Positions 36,587 through 44,704 of a stretch of 64,000 bases of DNA are shown here, piece after piece; within the stretch, counting starts at the first letter, position 1; every line of letters starts with the position of its first letter. The notes below the pieces were generated by a model. That model had not been told where the DNA came from. It made no database searches and saw only the letters and a list, made by a program, of their open reading frames with translations. The stretch covers positions 73,107-137,106 of the forward strand of contig JAJEHL010000011.1 of assembly GCA_022823725.1 (NCBI GenBank). Reading direction: 5' to 3'. A program made the position numbers and the translations under genes. Source of the DNA: Candidatus Latescibacterota bacterium (GTDB taxonomy: Bacteria > Latescibacterota > UBA2968).

Positions 36587-36637
36587 GGGCAAAACATAGA
36601 AATTTGCGCTACAAGTGTCAAGCCGAAAGTAGCAAAT

Positions 36638-38872
36638 CTATCCGTTAATCGTTTTTCCAAAAACCTGGACGAACATAAGAAAATCGGTAAAGTCAACAGA
36701 ACCATTCCCATCGATATCGAATTGGGACTCGGACGATCCAAACGCCCCCACAAACAGGAGAAAATCGGCAAAGTCGATTGTGCCATCTCTGTTAAAATCC
36801 GATTTGGCTTCCACAGAAAGCGGCTGGACAACGCCAGAAATCGTCAGCATAAGCTTTGCGCGATCCGGATCATTGCTCAAAATATTGACACTCCCCGAAA
36901 ACTCGCCCTCCATGGGTCTGGGAAACGTAATCGTAATCGTCGCAGAACTATCCGGAGACAGTGTAAACATCACAGGATCAAACGTCAGACCCGGCACATC
37001 GCTCTCAATACCCGTAATCTCCAAATCCGCGGTACCCGTATTCGTAATCGTGAAAGTCTGTTGAGCCGTCTTTTCGGCATCAATACTCCCGAAATCAATT
37101 GCGGGTGCCCCCACAACCAGCACTGGCGCAGGCGCCGCCTGCACAATCACAGAAACAGACAACGTCTGTGTTCCACTATTCGTGTCATTACTCGAAATCG
37201 TAATATTCCCCGAAAAAGTACCTTCCACAGAACTCGGAAACGTCACCGTCACCGTCTGCGAATCGTCAGGTTCTAATGTGAACATCGTAGTATCAAACGT
37301 CAAACCCGACACATCACTCTCAATACCCGTAATCTCCAAATCCGCGGTACCCGTATTCCTGATCGTAATCGTCCGCTGAACCGTTTGAGCAAACGCAACA
37401 GTACCAAAATCAACTGCCGTTTGCTGAACAGCAATCACTGGCACAGGTCGCGGCTGCACGGTCACAGAAACAGACAACGTCTGTGTTCCACTATTCGTGT
37501 CATTACTCGAAATATTGATATTACCCGAAAACGTACCCTCCACAGAACTCGGAAACGTAATCGTCACCATCTGTGAACTGCCAGGTTCCACTGTGAACAT
37601 CACAGGATCAAACTTCAGACCTGCCACATCACCCTCACCTTTAATACCTGTAATCATCAAAGGTGCAGTACCAGTGTTCTCAATCGTAATTGTCTGTTCA
37701 CCTGTTTGACCTGCGACAATAGGATCGAAATTAACTGCCGTTTGCTGAACAGCAATCGCTGGCACAGGTCGCGGCTGCACGGTCACAGAAACAGACAACG
37801 TCTGTGTTCCACTATTCGTGTCATCACTCGAAATCGTGATATTACCCGAAAACGTACCCGCTGTCGAACTCGGAAACGTAATCGTAACTGTCTGCGAACC
37901 ATTGGGAGCCAACGTGAACGTAGAAGGCGTAAACATCAAACCCGGCACATCACTCTCAATACCCGTAATCTCCAAATCCGCGGTACCCGCATTCCTGATC
38001 GTAATCGTCTGCTGAACCGTTTGAGCAAACGCAACAGTACCAAAATTAACTGCTGTTTGCTGAACAGCGATCACCGGTACAGGGGGCGGCTGCACAATCA
38101 CAGAAACGGATAATATCTGGGTTGCACGATCCGGGTCATTACTCGAAATCGTGATATTACCCGAAAACGTACCCGCTGTCGAACTCGGAAACGTAATCGT
38201 CACCATCTGTGAACTGTTAGGTGCCAGTGTGAACATCGTAGTATCAAACTTCAACCCCGGCACATCGCTCTCGATACCCGTAATCTCAAGGGAACCTGTG
38301 CCTGTATTCGTAATCGTAATCGTCTGTTGACCTGTTTGACCTGCGACAATCGTGCCAAAATCAACTGCCGTTTGCTGCACAGCGATCGTCGGCACACTCG
38401 CGGGTATTTGCGCCAACAGTTCAGTAACCTTGTCTTTCACCTGAGTAACAGAACTTGAACTCAGACCGCCTATGACGGGTAATGCAGTCCCATTGGGACG
38501 AACCACAACGAAGTTCTCATACGAGGCCGGAGCAGAACTACTCGCATTTAGAAGCAGGGGAAAGGTGATGCCTCCGTTCCTGCGAAAACCCTCAACCTGA
38601 GACTGACTACCACCCCAGGTATCGAGACCGAGCATCTCTACATTGGGGTTTGCTTTATAATCTTGCCATAATCCTTCGAGTCGCGGACCCGCCGCTTGAC
38701 AGGTCGGTCAGCCATGCCCAAAGACCGCAAGTATGAGTACTTTGCCACGATAGTCAGAGGCACTATATGTATTGCCATCGAGGCCCCGTAGAGAAAAATT
38801 AACCGTTTGTGCAGAGGCAGCCCCAACGAGCAAAAGCAGAATCATCGGGATGGACAATAGGTATTGGCGCAT
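36638..38872 (-). CDS. selenoprotein candidate: secreted TlpA-like redoxin (U-P-T-C motif) fused to five Ig-like (ASH/choice-of-anchor-D-like) repeats and a C-terminal dockerin
   Basis: The ATG at 38870-38872 (AAGGA RBS) opens MRQYLLSIPMILLLLVGAASAQTVNFSLRGLDGNTYSASDYRGKVLILAVFGHG. An in-frame TGA at 38708-38710 follows, then PTCQAAGPRLEGLWQDYKANPNVEMLGLDTWGG..., continuing the ORF-track entry 36638..38635 in the same frame. The UGA falls exactly at the first Cys of the redoxin F-x-x-x-W-C-x-x-C motif. The body is five repeats of about 105 aa (IAVQQTAV(D/N)FG...LEITGIESDV.GL.F...VTITFPSS..GTFSGNITISSND). The C-terminus has two dockerin-type calcium-binding segments (DFNRDGTIDFADF and DIDGNGSVDFTDF). 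Confidence 0.6.
38680..38700 (-). promoter_or_regulatory. bacterial SECIS-like hairpin 8 nt downstream of the in-frame UGA
   Basis: mRNA ...UGA CCGACCUG UCAAGCGG CGGGU CCGCGAC...: the stem GUC(AA)GCGG / CCGCGAC has a G/U-containing apical loop CGGGU. Placement is compatible with bSECIS. Confidence 0.4.
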
Positions 38873-38902
38873 GGTGTTTATCCTTATATATTGGTGGAAA
38901 TA

Positions 38903-39107
38903 ATGACAACCAAAACCTTCTGGATCGCGGCTAACACCCTGCCGCGATGACAGCATAAAGGCTAAGACAAAAGCAAAACCTCTGGATCGCGGCTCAACAT
39001 CATAGCCTGCCCCCGTATGCTTTAAGCAGGGGCCGCGATGACGGCATAAAGGCTAAAACAAAAGCAAAACCCCTGGATTGCGGCTTTAAGCAGGCCGCAA
39101 TGACGGC
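38903..39107. repeat. REP-like hairpin array (3 units)
   Basis: Three units of ATGACRRCMTAAAGGCTAAGACAAAAGCAAAACCYCTGGATYGCGGCT-loop-GCCGCRATGACGG. Loops differ in length (9 to about 30 nt); one loop embeds a CCCCGTA/TTAAGCAGGGG module. Confidence 0.7.
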
Positions 39108-39180
39108 TTTTCTGTACTAAAGATATCAACGCTTCAATTTAACAGAAGTTTCTCCACAGGTCAACCACAAGGAGTGAGCG

Positions 39181-40020
39181 ATGGGCATCCTCACCGATCA
39201 AAAAAAGTCGTTTTTTGACACCTTTGGATTTCTCGCATTTCCGGGATTACTGGCAGATTGCATCGACGAAATCATCGAAGCATTTGAAGATATATGGGCA
39301 CAACGGGGGGGTGGACACAATGGGCAACCGCACGACGGCAAACGCCGGTCGTGTATTGTGCCATTTATCGACCAGCACGAACGCCTGTGCGCCCTCTTAG
39401 ATGACCCGAGAATAAAAGAAATACTCGTCGGATTACTCGGTGAAAGTTTCAACTACATGGGATCGGACGGAAATTACTATGCTGGCGACACGCAATGGCA
39501 TTCGGATGGCTGGGGCAAGGAAATTCGATTTGTAAAAATAGCCCTGTACCTGGATCACTTAACGCGCGACACGGGTTGTTTGCGCGTCATCCCTGGAAGT
39601 CACCATCTCAAAGATACATACGCAAATAATGTCGAAAACACCGTCCGAAATTCCCAGGATGAATGGGACATGCGCGGACCAGACATACCCGCGTTAGCAC
39701 TGGAAACCAACCCGGGCGACGTCGTCTTATTCAACCACAACTTAAAACACGCGGCCTTTGGCGGCAGTCCGCGTCGGCGAATGTTCACCATCAACTGCAG
39801 CGAACGCTTCCCTGAAGATGAAGAACACATCGACCTATTAAAAACACAGATTGCCGCACGCGCGCGATTCTGGAACGATCGCGCTTACGGAAAGATCATG
39901 CTCGCAACCGCTGGACCCGAACGCAAAAAACATCTGACACAAGTCCTGGCGCACGACGACCACCTCGCCGAACTCTCCGCCCGCGCAAGAAAAGAAATGC
40001 CCGAGCCATCGCGTGGATAA
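39181..40020 (+). CDS. phytanoyl-CoA dioxygenase (PhyH) family Fe(II)/2-oxoglutarate oxygenase
   Basis: ...QWHSDGW... (HxD) and ...FNHNLKHAAFG (distal His), with the PhyH-like length and pattern. GAGTGA RBS. Confidence 0.7.
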   Translation: MGILTDQKKSFFDTFGFLAFPGLLADCIDEIIEAFEDIWAQRGGGHNGQPHDGKRRSCIVPFIDQHERLCALLDDPRIKEILVGLLGESFNYMGSDGNYYAGDTQWHSDGWGKEIRFVKIALYLDHLTRDTGCLRVIPGSHHLKDTYANNVENTVRNSQDEWDMRGPDIPALALETNPGDVVLFNHNLKHAAFGGSPRRRMFTINCSERFPEDEEHIDLLKTQIAARARFWNDRAYGKIMLATAGPERKKHLTQVLAHDDHLAELSARARKEMPEPSRG

Positions 40021-40061
40021 ATCGCGGACACTTTGAGCAATAAGTTGAGAGGGATGCTATT

Positions 40062-40361
40062 ATGAATAAAAAACCAATATCTACTTATGAACGACTGATG
40101 CAAGACCCGGAGTTTAGAGAAGAATACAAAACGGAATACAAAGATTTTGCTCTTTCGGAATTGATTCTGGCACTCATGGATGGCGATGACAAATCGGTTC
40201 GAAAGTTGGCGAAAGAAGCGGGCTTATCCGCCAATACAATTCAAAATATCCGATCTGGAAAACAGCAAGATATTCGCCTGCAGAGCTTTAAGAACATCGT
40301 ACAAGCCTACGGATTTCAGATTATTTTGGAAAAAGATGGAGAGCGAATACCTGTTGCCTGA
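40062..40361 (+). CDS. small HTH (XRE-like) DNA-binding protein
   Basis: SVRKLAKEAGLSANTIQNIRSGKQ helix-turn-helix. 99 aa. Confidence 0.55.
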   Translation: MNKKPISTYERLMQDPEFREEYKTEYKDFALSELILALMDGDDKSVRKLAKEAGLSANTIQNIRSGKQQDIRLQSFKNIVQAYGFQIILEKDGERIPVA

Positions 40362-40384
40362 TACAAAATCTTCAACTACTCAAA

Positions 40385-40430
40385 ATAGAAAAGGGACGCA
40401 CATTACTCTGCGTCCCTTTGTTTTATTTTC
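40385..40430. terminator. bidirectional rho-independent terminator between convergent genes
   Basis: AAAAGGGACGCACATTACTCTGCGTCCCTTTGTTTTATTTT. Confidence 0.6.
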
Positions 40431-40437
40431 AAATCAC

Positions 40438-41364
40438 TTACGAGAGAATTCCATCAATCTCTTCCATCTCCGCATCACTGAGATCCCAGCCAACAGTCGC
40501 GGCATTTGCCGTGACCTGCTCGGGCGTGGTAGCTCCGGCAATCACGGAACACACACAGGGATTGGCGAGAAGCCACGCAAAAGCCAGATCGAGAATGGTG
40601 TGATCGCGCTCCTGTGCAAATTTTTCCAACGCTTCCAGAATATTAAAATTCTTATCCGTAAACATACCGCGATCGCCCTCTGCCAAACGCGTACCCTCGG
40701 GTGCTGGTTCATCCCGGCGATACTTACCCGTAAGAAAACCGCTCGCAAGGGGAAAATAGGGCAAAATACCAATACCATAAGACTTGCAAAAAGGCACAAG
40801 CTCTGCCTCAACCTCGCGGTCGAGCATACTATAGCGGGGTTGCACAGTCGAAAACGCGACCAAATTCTTCGCACGCGAAGTCCATAAGGCCTCGCAGACC
40901 TCCCACGCCATAAAATTGGAACAACCGATATAGCGCACCTTGCCCTGAGCAACGAGATAGTCAAGCGCGTGCAAAGTCTCCTCAATAGGCGTATTGGAAT
41001 CCGTCTGATGGATCTGATAGAGATCGATATAATCCGTACTGAGACGTCTGAGACTATCCTCCACCTCTTTGAGAATATGGTAACGCGAATTGCCACGCAT
41101 ATTGGGACCATCCCCCATACTCATCGACACCTTAGTCGCCAGAATAAACGCATCGCGCTTGCCTCTAATCGCCCGGCCAATATAGGACTCCGACAGCGTA
41201 TCCCCGTACATATTAGCCGTATCGATCAACGTAATCCCTTCATCCAGCGCCCGACCCATAACACGCGCCGTAGCCCTCGCGTCGAGACGCCAGCCAAAAT
41301 TATTCGTACCCAACCCAATCGACGAAACCTGAAGTCCTGAATTGCCGAGTTGCCGATATTCCAT
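40438..41364 (-). CDS. aldo/keto reductase
   Basis: Start at the ATG 41362-41364 (MEYRQLGNSGLQVSSIGLGTNNFG...) with an AAGGAG RBS. AKR signatures ...IDTANMYG... and ...GKVRYIGCSNF... Confidence 0.85.
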   Translation of the reverse strand: MEYRQLGNSGLQVSSIGLGTNNFGWRLDARATARVMGRALDEGITLIDTANMYGDTLSESYIGRAIRGKRDAFILATKVSMSMGDGPNMRGNSRYHILKEVEDSLRRLSTDYIDLYQIHQTDSNTPIEETLHALDYLVAQGKVRYIGCSNFMAWEVCEALWTSRAKNLVAFSTVQPRYSMLDREVEAELVPFCKSYGIGILPYFPLASGFLTGKYRRDEPAPEGTRLAEGDRGMFTDKNFNILEALEKFAQERDHTILDLAFAWLLANPCVCSVIAGATTPEQVTANAATVGWDLSDAEMEEIDGILS

Positions 41365-41391
41365 TTGAAACTCCTTCTCAAAAAACAACTT

Positions 41392-42573
41392 CTAAAAAAT
41401 ATCTCCCTGATACAACTGCTGTAAAAACTCCGCGACAGGCAAAACATCCACACCATCAAAATGATAGCTCCGCTTGCCCGTATAAACCCCCACCATGCGA
41501 TCAACGCGAATCTGTGGGGATAGACTCATATCGCGCATCTGACGTTCCCAACGCCTATCCCACCGATCAGACAACTTAACTTCGAGACACACCACATGCG
41601 CCCGGGAAGATACCGTTCGCTTGCGCGTTTCAATAACAAAATCGATTTCTCCTCCCATAGCCGTGCGATAAAATGCAATAGGACGGTATTTTTCTCGCGT
41701 GTGATTGTACACGCGCAACTCGTGATAGATCAACGTCTCCAAAGCCGTTCCCAACCAGACGCGATCAAGCGGGTCCTCGAGCAATCCCGCGGCTGCACGC
41801 GCAACTCCCGGATCGAACCAGTAGAATTTGGGGCGGGTCTGCTCTCGAACTTTAATATTCGGGCGATACGCCAAAAGTTTGTGCCCCAAAAGCGTATCTT
41901 CCAGAATCGAAAAATAGATATCGATACTGCTGCGAGAAACCGCTGCGTCTCGCGCAAGACTTTGCGCGTTAACCTGCTGGGCATTGATCTGACCTGCAAT
42001 GCTTAAAAATCGGAGAAAAGGAGACAGGTTCCGCACCACCCCCTCTTCTTTAATCTCTTCTCTAATATAGGTATTGACATAAGCATCGAGAATATCGCGG
42101 GCATACGTGCGGTCTAATTGCACCGTGGGCAACAAACCGTATTGTAGTGAAAAATCGAGATCAAAAAGCGCACCGAGTTCTGCACTGCTAAACGATTCCA
42201 TATGGCGAGTAATTGCGCGACCAGCAAGCAAATTAGTACCACCTCGACGCAATTTACGCGCAGAAGAACCGCAAAGCACGAATCGCCACCGTTTATTTTC
42301 AATCAAACGATGAACCTCATTTAGCAAAGCGGGAATTTTTTGAACTTCATCCAGGACTACCCAGGTCTGCTCTGGACGATTGCCGATCAGAGCCTCGAGG
42401 TGATGGGGCGACTGCGAAAGCTCAAGATAAAGTGAAGAATCGAGCAAATCGAGATAAATCGCATCGGGCAAAACCTGGCGCAAATAGGTGCTTTTGCCTG
42501 TTGAGCGCGGACCAAAAAGAAAAAACGAGCGATCGGGTAATGCCAGAAGGCGTTTTAATAAGGGATTTTCCAT
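41392..42573 (-). CDS. AAA+ ATPase with a DUF4143-like C-terminal domain
   Basis: Walker A GPRSTGKST. Walker B VVLDEVQ. The C-terminal half is typical of the ATPase/DUF4143 (archaeal-ATPase-like) family. Confidence 0.75.
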   Translation of the reverse strand: MENPLLKRLLALPDRSFFLFGPRSTGKSTYLRQVLPDAIYLDLLDSSLYLELSQSPHHLEALIGNRPEQTWVVLDEVQKIPALLNEVHRLIENKRWRFVLCGSSARKLRRGGTNLLAGRAITRHMESFSSAELGALFDLDFSLQYGLLPTVQLDRTYARDILDAYVNTYIREEIKEEGVVRNLSPFLRFLSIAGQINAQQVNAQSLARDAAVSRSSIDIYFSILEDTLLGHKLLAYRPNIKVREQTRPKFYWFDPGVARAAAGLLEDPLDRVWLGTALETLIYHELRVYNHTREKYRPIAFYRTAMGGEIDFVIETRKRTVSSRAHVVCLEVKLSDRWDRRWERQMRDMSLSPQIRVDRMVGVYTGKRSYHFDGVDVLPVAEFLQQLYQGDIF

Positions 42574-42639
42574 ATTGCAAATTTACAAAACTATTGTAAA
42601 AAAACAATGCAAATTTACAAAACTATTGTAAATTTGCAA
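42574..42639. promoter_or_regulatory. tandem dyad-symmetric 23-nt motif abutting the ATPase start codon
   Basis: GCAAATTTACAAAACTATTGTAAA occurs twice, at 42578-42601 and 42611-42634. The second copy extends to a 31-bp dyad TGCAAATTTACAA-AACTA-TTGTAAATTTGCA. The ATG (minus strand) is at 42571-42573, with no obvious SD sequence. Confidence 0.45.
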
Positions 42640-42656
42640 TCTCAGAAAATAAAAAA

Positions 42657-42867
42657 AACGCGATGTGTAACTTCAAAATCGCCACAGAATAATGCCGACA
42701 AACGGGTATAAGAAAAGCCTGCCCCTGCATGATTTTGAGCAGGGGTCAAAACCACTGGATTGCGGCTAACTCCCTGCCGCAATGACGGCTCTAAAATCCT
42801 TATTTTGCTAACTGCTGACCACTGATTGCTCATTTTTTTCATCATTATTCTAAAGTCACACATGACG
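42657..42867. mobile_element. MITE copy 4
   Basis: ACGCGATGTGTAACTT...AAGTCACACATGACGT. The flanking A-rich 8-9 bp direct repeat TAAAAAAA(A) is at 42649-42656 and 42867-42874. Confidence 0.6.
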
Positions 42868-42887
42868 TAAAAAAATATGGACGATGA

Positions 42888-43697
42888 TTAAAAAGAATAA
42901 GATGCAGAGAGGGACAAAGGCGTGTGAGAGCGGTTGAATTTGAGGCGGTCCAATGGAATAGACTGCCAAGTCTCATAGCTGGCGAGTTTGCCAATAATAC
43001 TACCGACACCGGCACCGACCGCAGAAATAACAACAGTTTGTGGACTTAGAACAATATTGGCAAGAGCTGACCATCCCGTCTCGTTACTCCTGTTCAAATC
43101 GGACGAGGAAAAAATAACACCGATACAAAAACCCGTAACCAGACCGGCTTTGAATCCCTTCCGGATATGGGATGTCTTGCTCAGATTAATCGACAGTTGA
43201 TCGAGTTCCGAAACTGTCAAAATTTTGTACTCATCGCGCTTATGTGTATCTGCCAAAACGATCAAAGAGTCGCTCACACTCGCAATAATACCCCCAAACC
43301 GACTATCTGCTGCTTCCGCAATGCCAATAACCGCCCGGTGCCCGGGTATAACGCCAGTCCGAGTCAAAAATCGACGCGCCTGGGGATTGAACTGCACGGC
43401 GATTCTTTTCGTCTTCTTTACGCGCAAATGATCAATAGACTGGTAGGTAATACGGCGTCTATAGGGCAATTGGTCTGTGATGATTGTAACCGCATAACCC
43501 TGTGTGCGATTGATATAGCCTCGAAAACGCCTTTTTTGCGCACCGATAAAATACGCACCCTCGACATACGTCCCGATATCGAGTTTTTTTGCTCTTTCAC
43601 TTACATCACTCGCATAACCCTGTGTACAAAGTTGTCCCAGCAGAAATATCAGAAGTATCGAACAGGTCTTAAAAGCGCGAAAAAAAAAGAAAGGCAA
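42888..43697 (-). CDS. hypothetical secreted/outer-membrane protein
   Basis: N-terminal hydrophobic segment. C-terminal ...LSASYSF ending in Phe. No family recognised. Confidence 0.45.
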   Translation of the reverse strand: MPFFFFRAFKTCSILLIFLLGQLCTQGYASDVSERAKKLDIGTYVEGAYFIGAQKRRFRGYINRTQGYAVTIITDQLPYRRRITYQSIDHLRVKKTKRIAVQFNPQARRFLTRTGVIPGHRAVIGIAEAADSRFGGIIASVSDSLIVLADTHKRDEYKILTVSELDQLSINLSKTSHIRKGFKAGLVTGFCIGVIFSSSDLNRSNETGWSALANIVLSPQTVVISAVGAGVGSIIGKLASYETWQSIPLDRLKFNRSHTPLSLSASYSF

Positions 43698-43723
43698 GAT
43701 AGGCGATCCGTGAATGAAAAATA

Positions 43724-44086
43724 TTACGGTTTGTCTTCGGGTGGAATATAGCGGTTGGCGAGTTCGACATAATCTTCGCGAATCGGTGAAAAAATATCGA
43801 GAGCCACGCAGGGACCATCTACGGCCTCAGCCCGGTGTGGCACATGGGCGGGAATCAGAAAAGCTTCGCCGGGTTCAACCGTGCGGGTCTCACCATCAAT
43901 AGTGAACTTCATCCTCCCCTCAATCATCATCCCCCCCTGCTCGTGGGGATGGCTGTGCATCGGCACCACAGCACCCGCATCAAATTCAACGCGCGAGAGC
44001 ATCAAATTCTCACCATAAGGCGTCCGAATGCGCACGCCGGGCGCGACTTCATTAGCGGGATACTTATCCCAATCAATAAAAGACAT
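43724..44086 (-). CDS. cupin-domain protein
   Basis: Start at the ATG 44084-44086 (MSFIDWDKYP...). Cupin motifs G(X)5HXH (GAVVPMHSHPHEQGG) and ...PAHVPHRAEAV. Confidence 0.65.
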   Translation of the reverse strand: MSFIDWDKYPANEVAPGVRIRTPYGENLMLSRVEFDAGAVVPMHSHPHEQGGMMIEGRMKFTIDGETRTVEPGEAFLIPAHVPHRAEAVDGPCVALDIFSPIREDYVELANRYIPPEDKP

Positions 44087-44090
44087 CTTG

Positions 44091-44339
44091 TTAAGCTTTC
44101 GAAAAGTGGGCAACAGGAATATTTTCTGTTCTCTCAGGAGACTGGGCACCTGTAGCAATGTCGTGAACCGCGTGAAGAAGTTCTGCAGAGTAATAGCGAT
44201 TGCCACATGAATCACAAACACCGACCGTGACATCTTCTAAAATTACAAAACCATTTTTATGTTTAAATACTTCGCTTTCTAATGGCTTTGCCTGTACTGT
44301 TCCATCACAATAATCACACTGATATCCATATATTTGCAT
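44091..44339 (-). CDS. YgiT/MqsA-type zinc-finger protein (putative antitoxin)
   Basis: Start at the ATG 44337-44339 (MQIYGYQCDYCDGTV...VGVCDSCGNRYY), a CxxC...CxxC zinc ribbon. Lies 2 nt after the stop of the DUF4258 gene. Confidence 0.55.
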   Translation of the reverse strand: MQIYGYQCDYCDGTVQAKPLESEVFKHKNGFVILEDVTVGVCDSCGNRYYSAELLHAVHDIATGAQSPERTENIPVAHFSKA

Positions 44340-44340
44340 A

Positions 44341-44637
44341 TTATCCCTCAAGTGGAGTGATTTCATAAACAGTGATAATTAAAAATCTCCCATTGCCGGC
44401 AAATCGTCCAACAATACCCACCGGTGTTTTCTGATCTACAGCCGTGCCCTCAAGGATATATTTTGTTCCTCTGGGATCATTTCTTTCTATACGTGCGACC
44501 TGTCCGTTTTGAACTGCATTTTCTACATCGACAATATCTAAGAGATCTTCTGCCATCTCTTCCATTGCATGTGCAGACATATCATACTGCCGAAGACGAA
44601 ATCTCTCTTTTATCCGCTCAATATCGCTTCTCGGCAC
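44341..44637 (-). CDS. DUF4258-domain protein (putative toxin)
   Basis: 98 aa, ...AHAMEEMAEDLLDIVDVENAVQNGQVARIERNDPRGTKYILEG... DUF4258 genes are commonly paired with YgiT-type zinc-finger genes. Confidence 0.5.
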   Translation of the reverse strand: MPRSDIERIKERFRLRQYDMSAHAMEEMAEDLLDIVDVENAVQNGQVARIERNDPRGTKYILEGTAVDQKTPVGIVGRFAGNGRFLIITVYEITPLEG

Positions 44638-44704
44638 AGGCCTTCCTTAAATATAGGGTATTCTTCTATTTTTTCATATCGCGCACAATACTGTATTTGA
44701 CTTC

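Noticed and set aside
37182-38015. Plus-strand ORFs 37182..37379, 37497..37709 and 37818..38015, and the longer arginine-rich ORFs 36722..37276 and 37706..38113
   Set aside because: They are antisense to the Ig-repeat gene and repeat only because the underlying DNA repeats. Their composition is arginine-rich, typical of the antisense frame of a GC-rich gene.
38903-39107. Possible CRISPR array (regularly spaced about 66-bp repeats)
   Set aside because: The repeated part is long (about 50 nt) while the variable part is only the 9-30-nt hairpin loop. The units are palindromic REP-like elements found singly all over the window. No cas genes are present.
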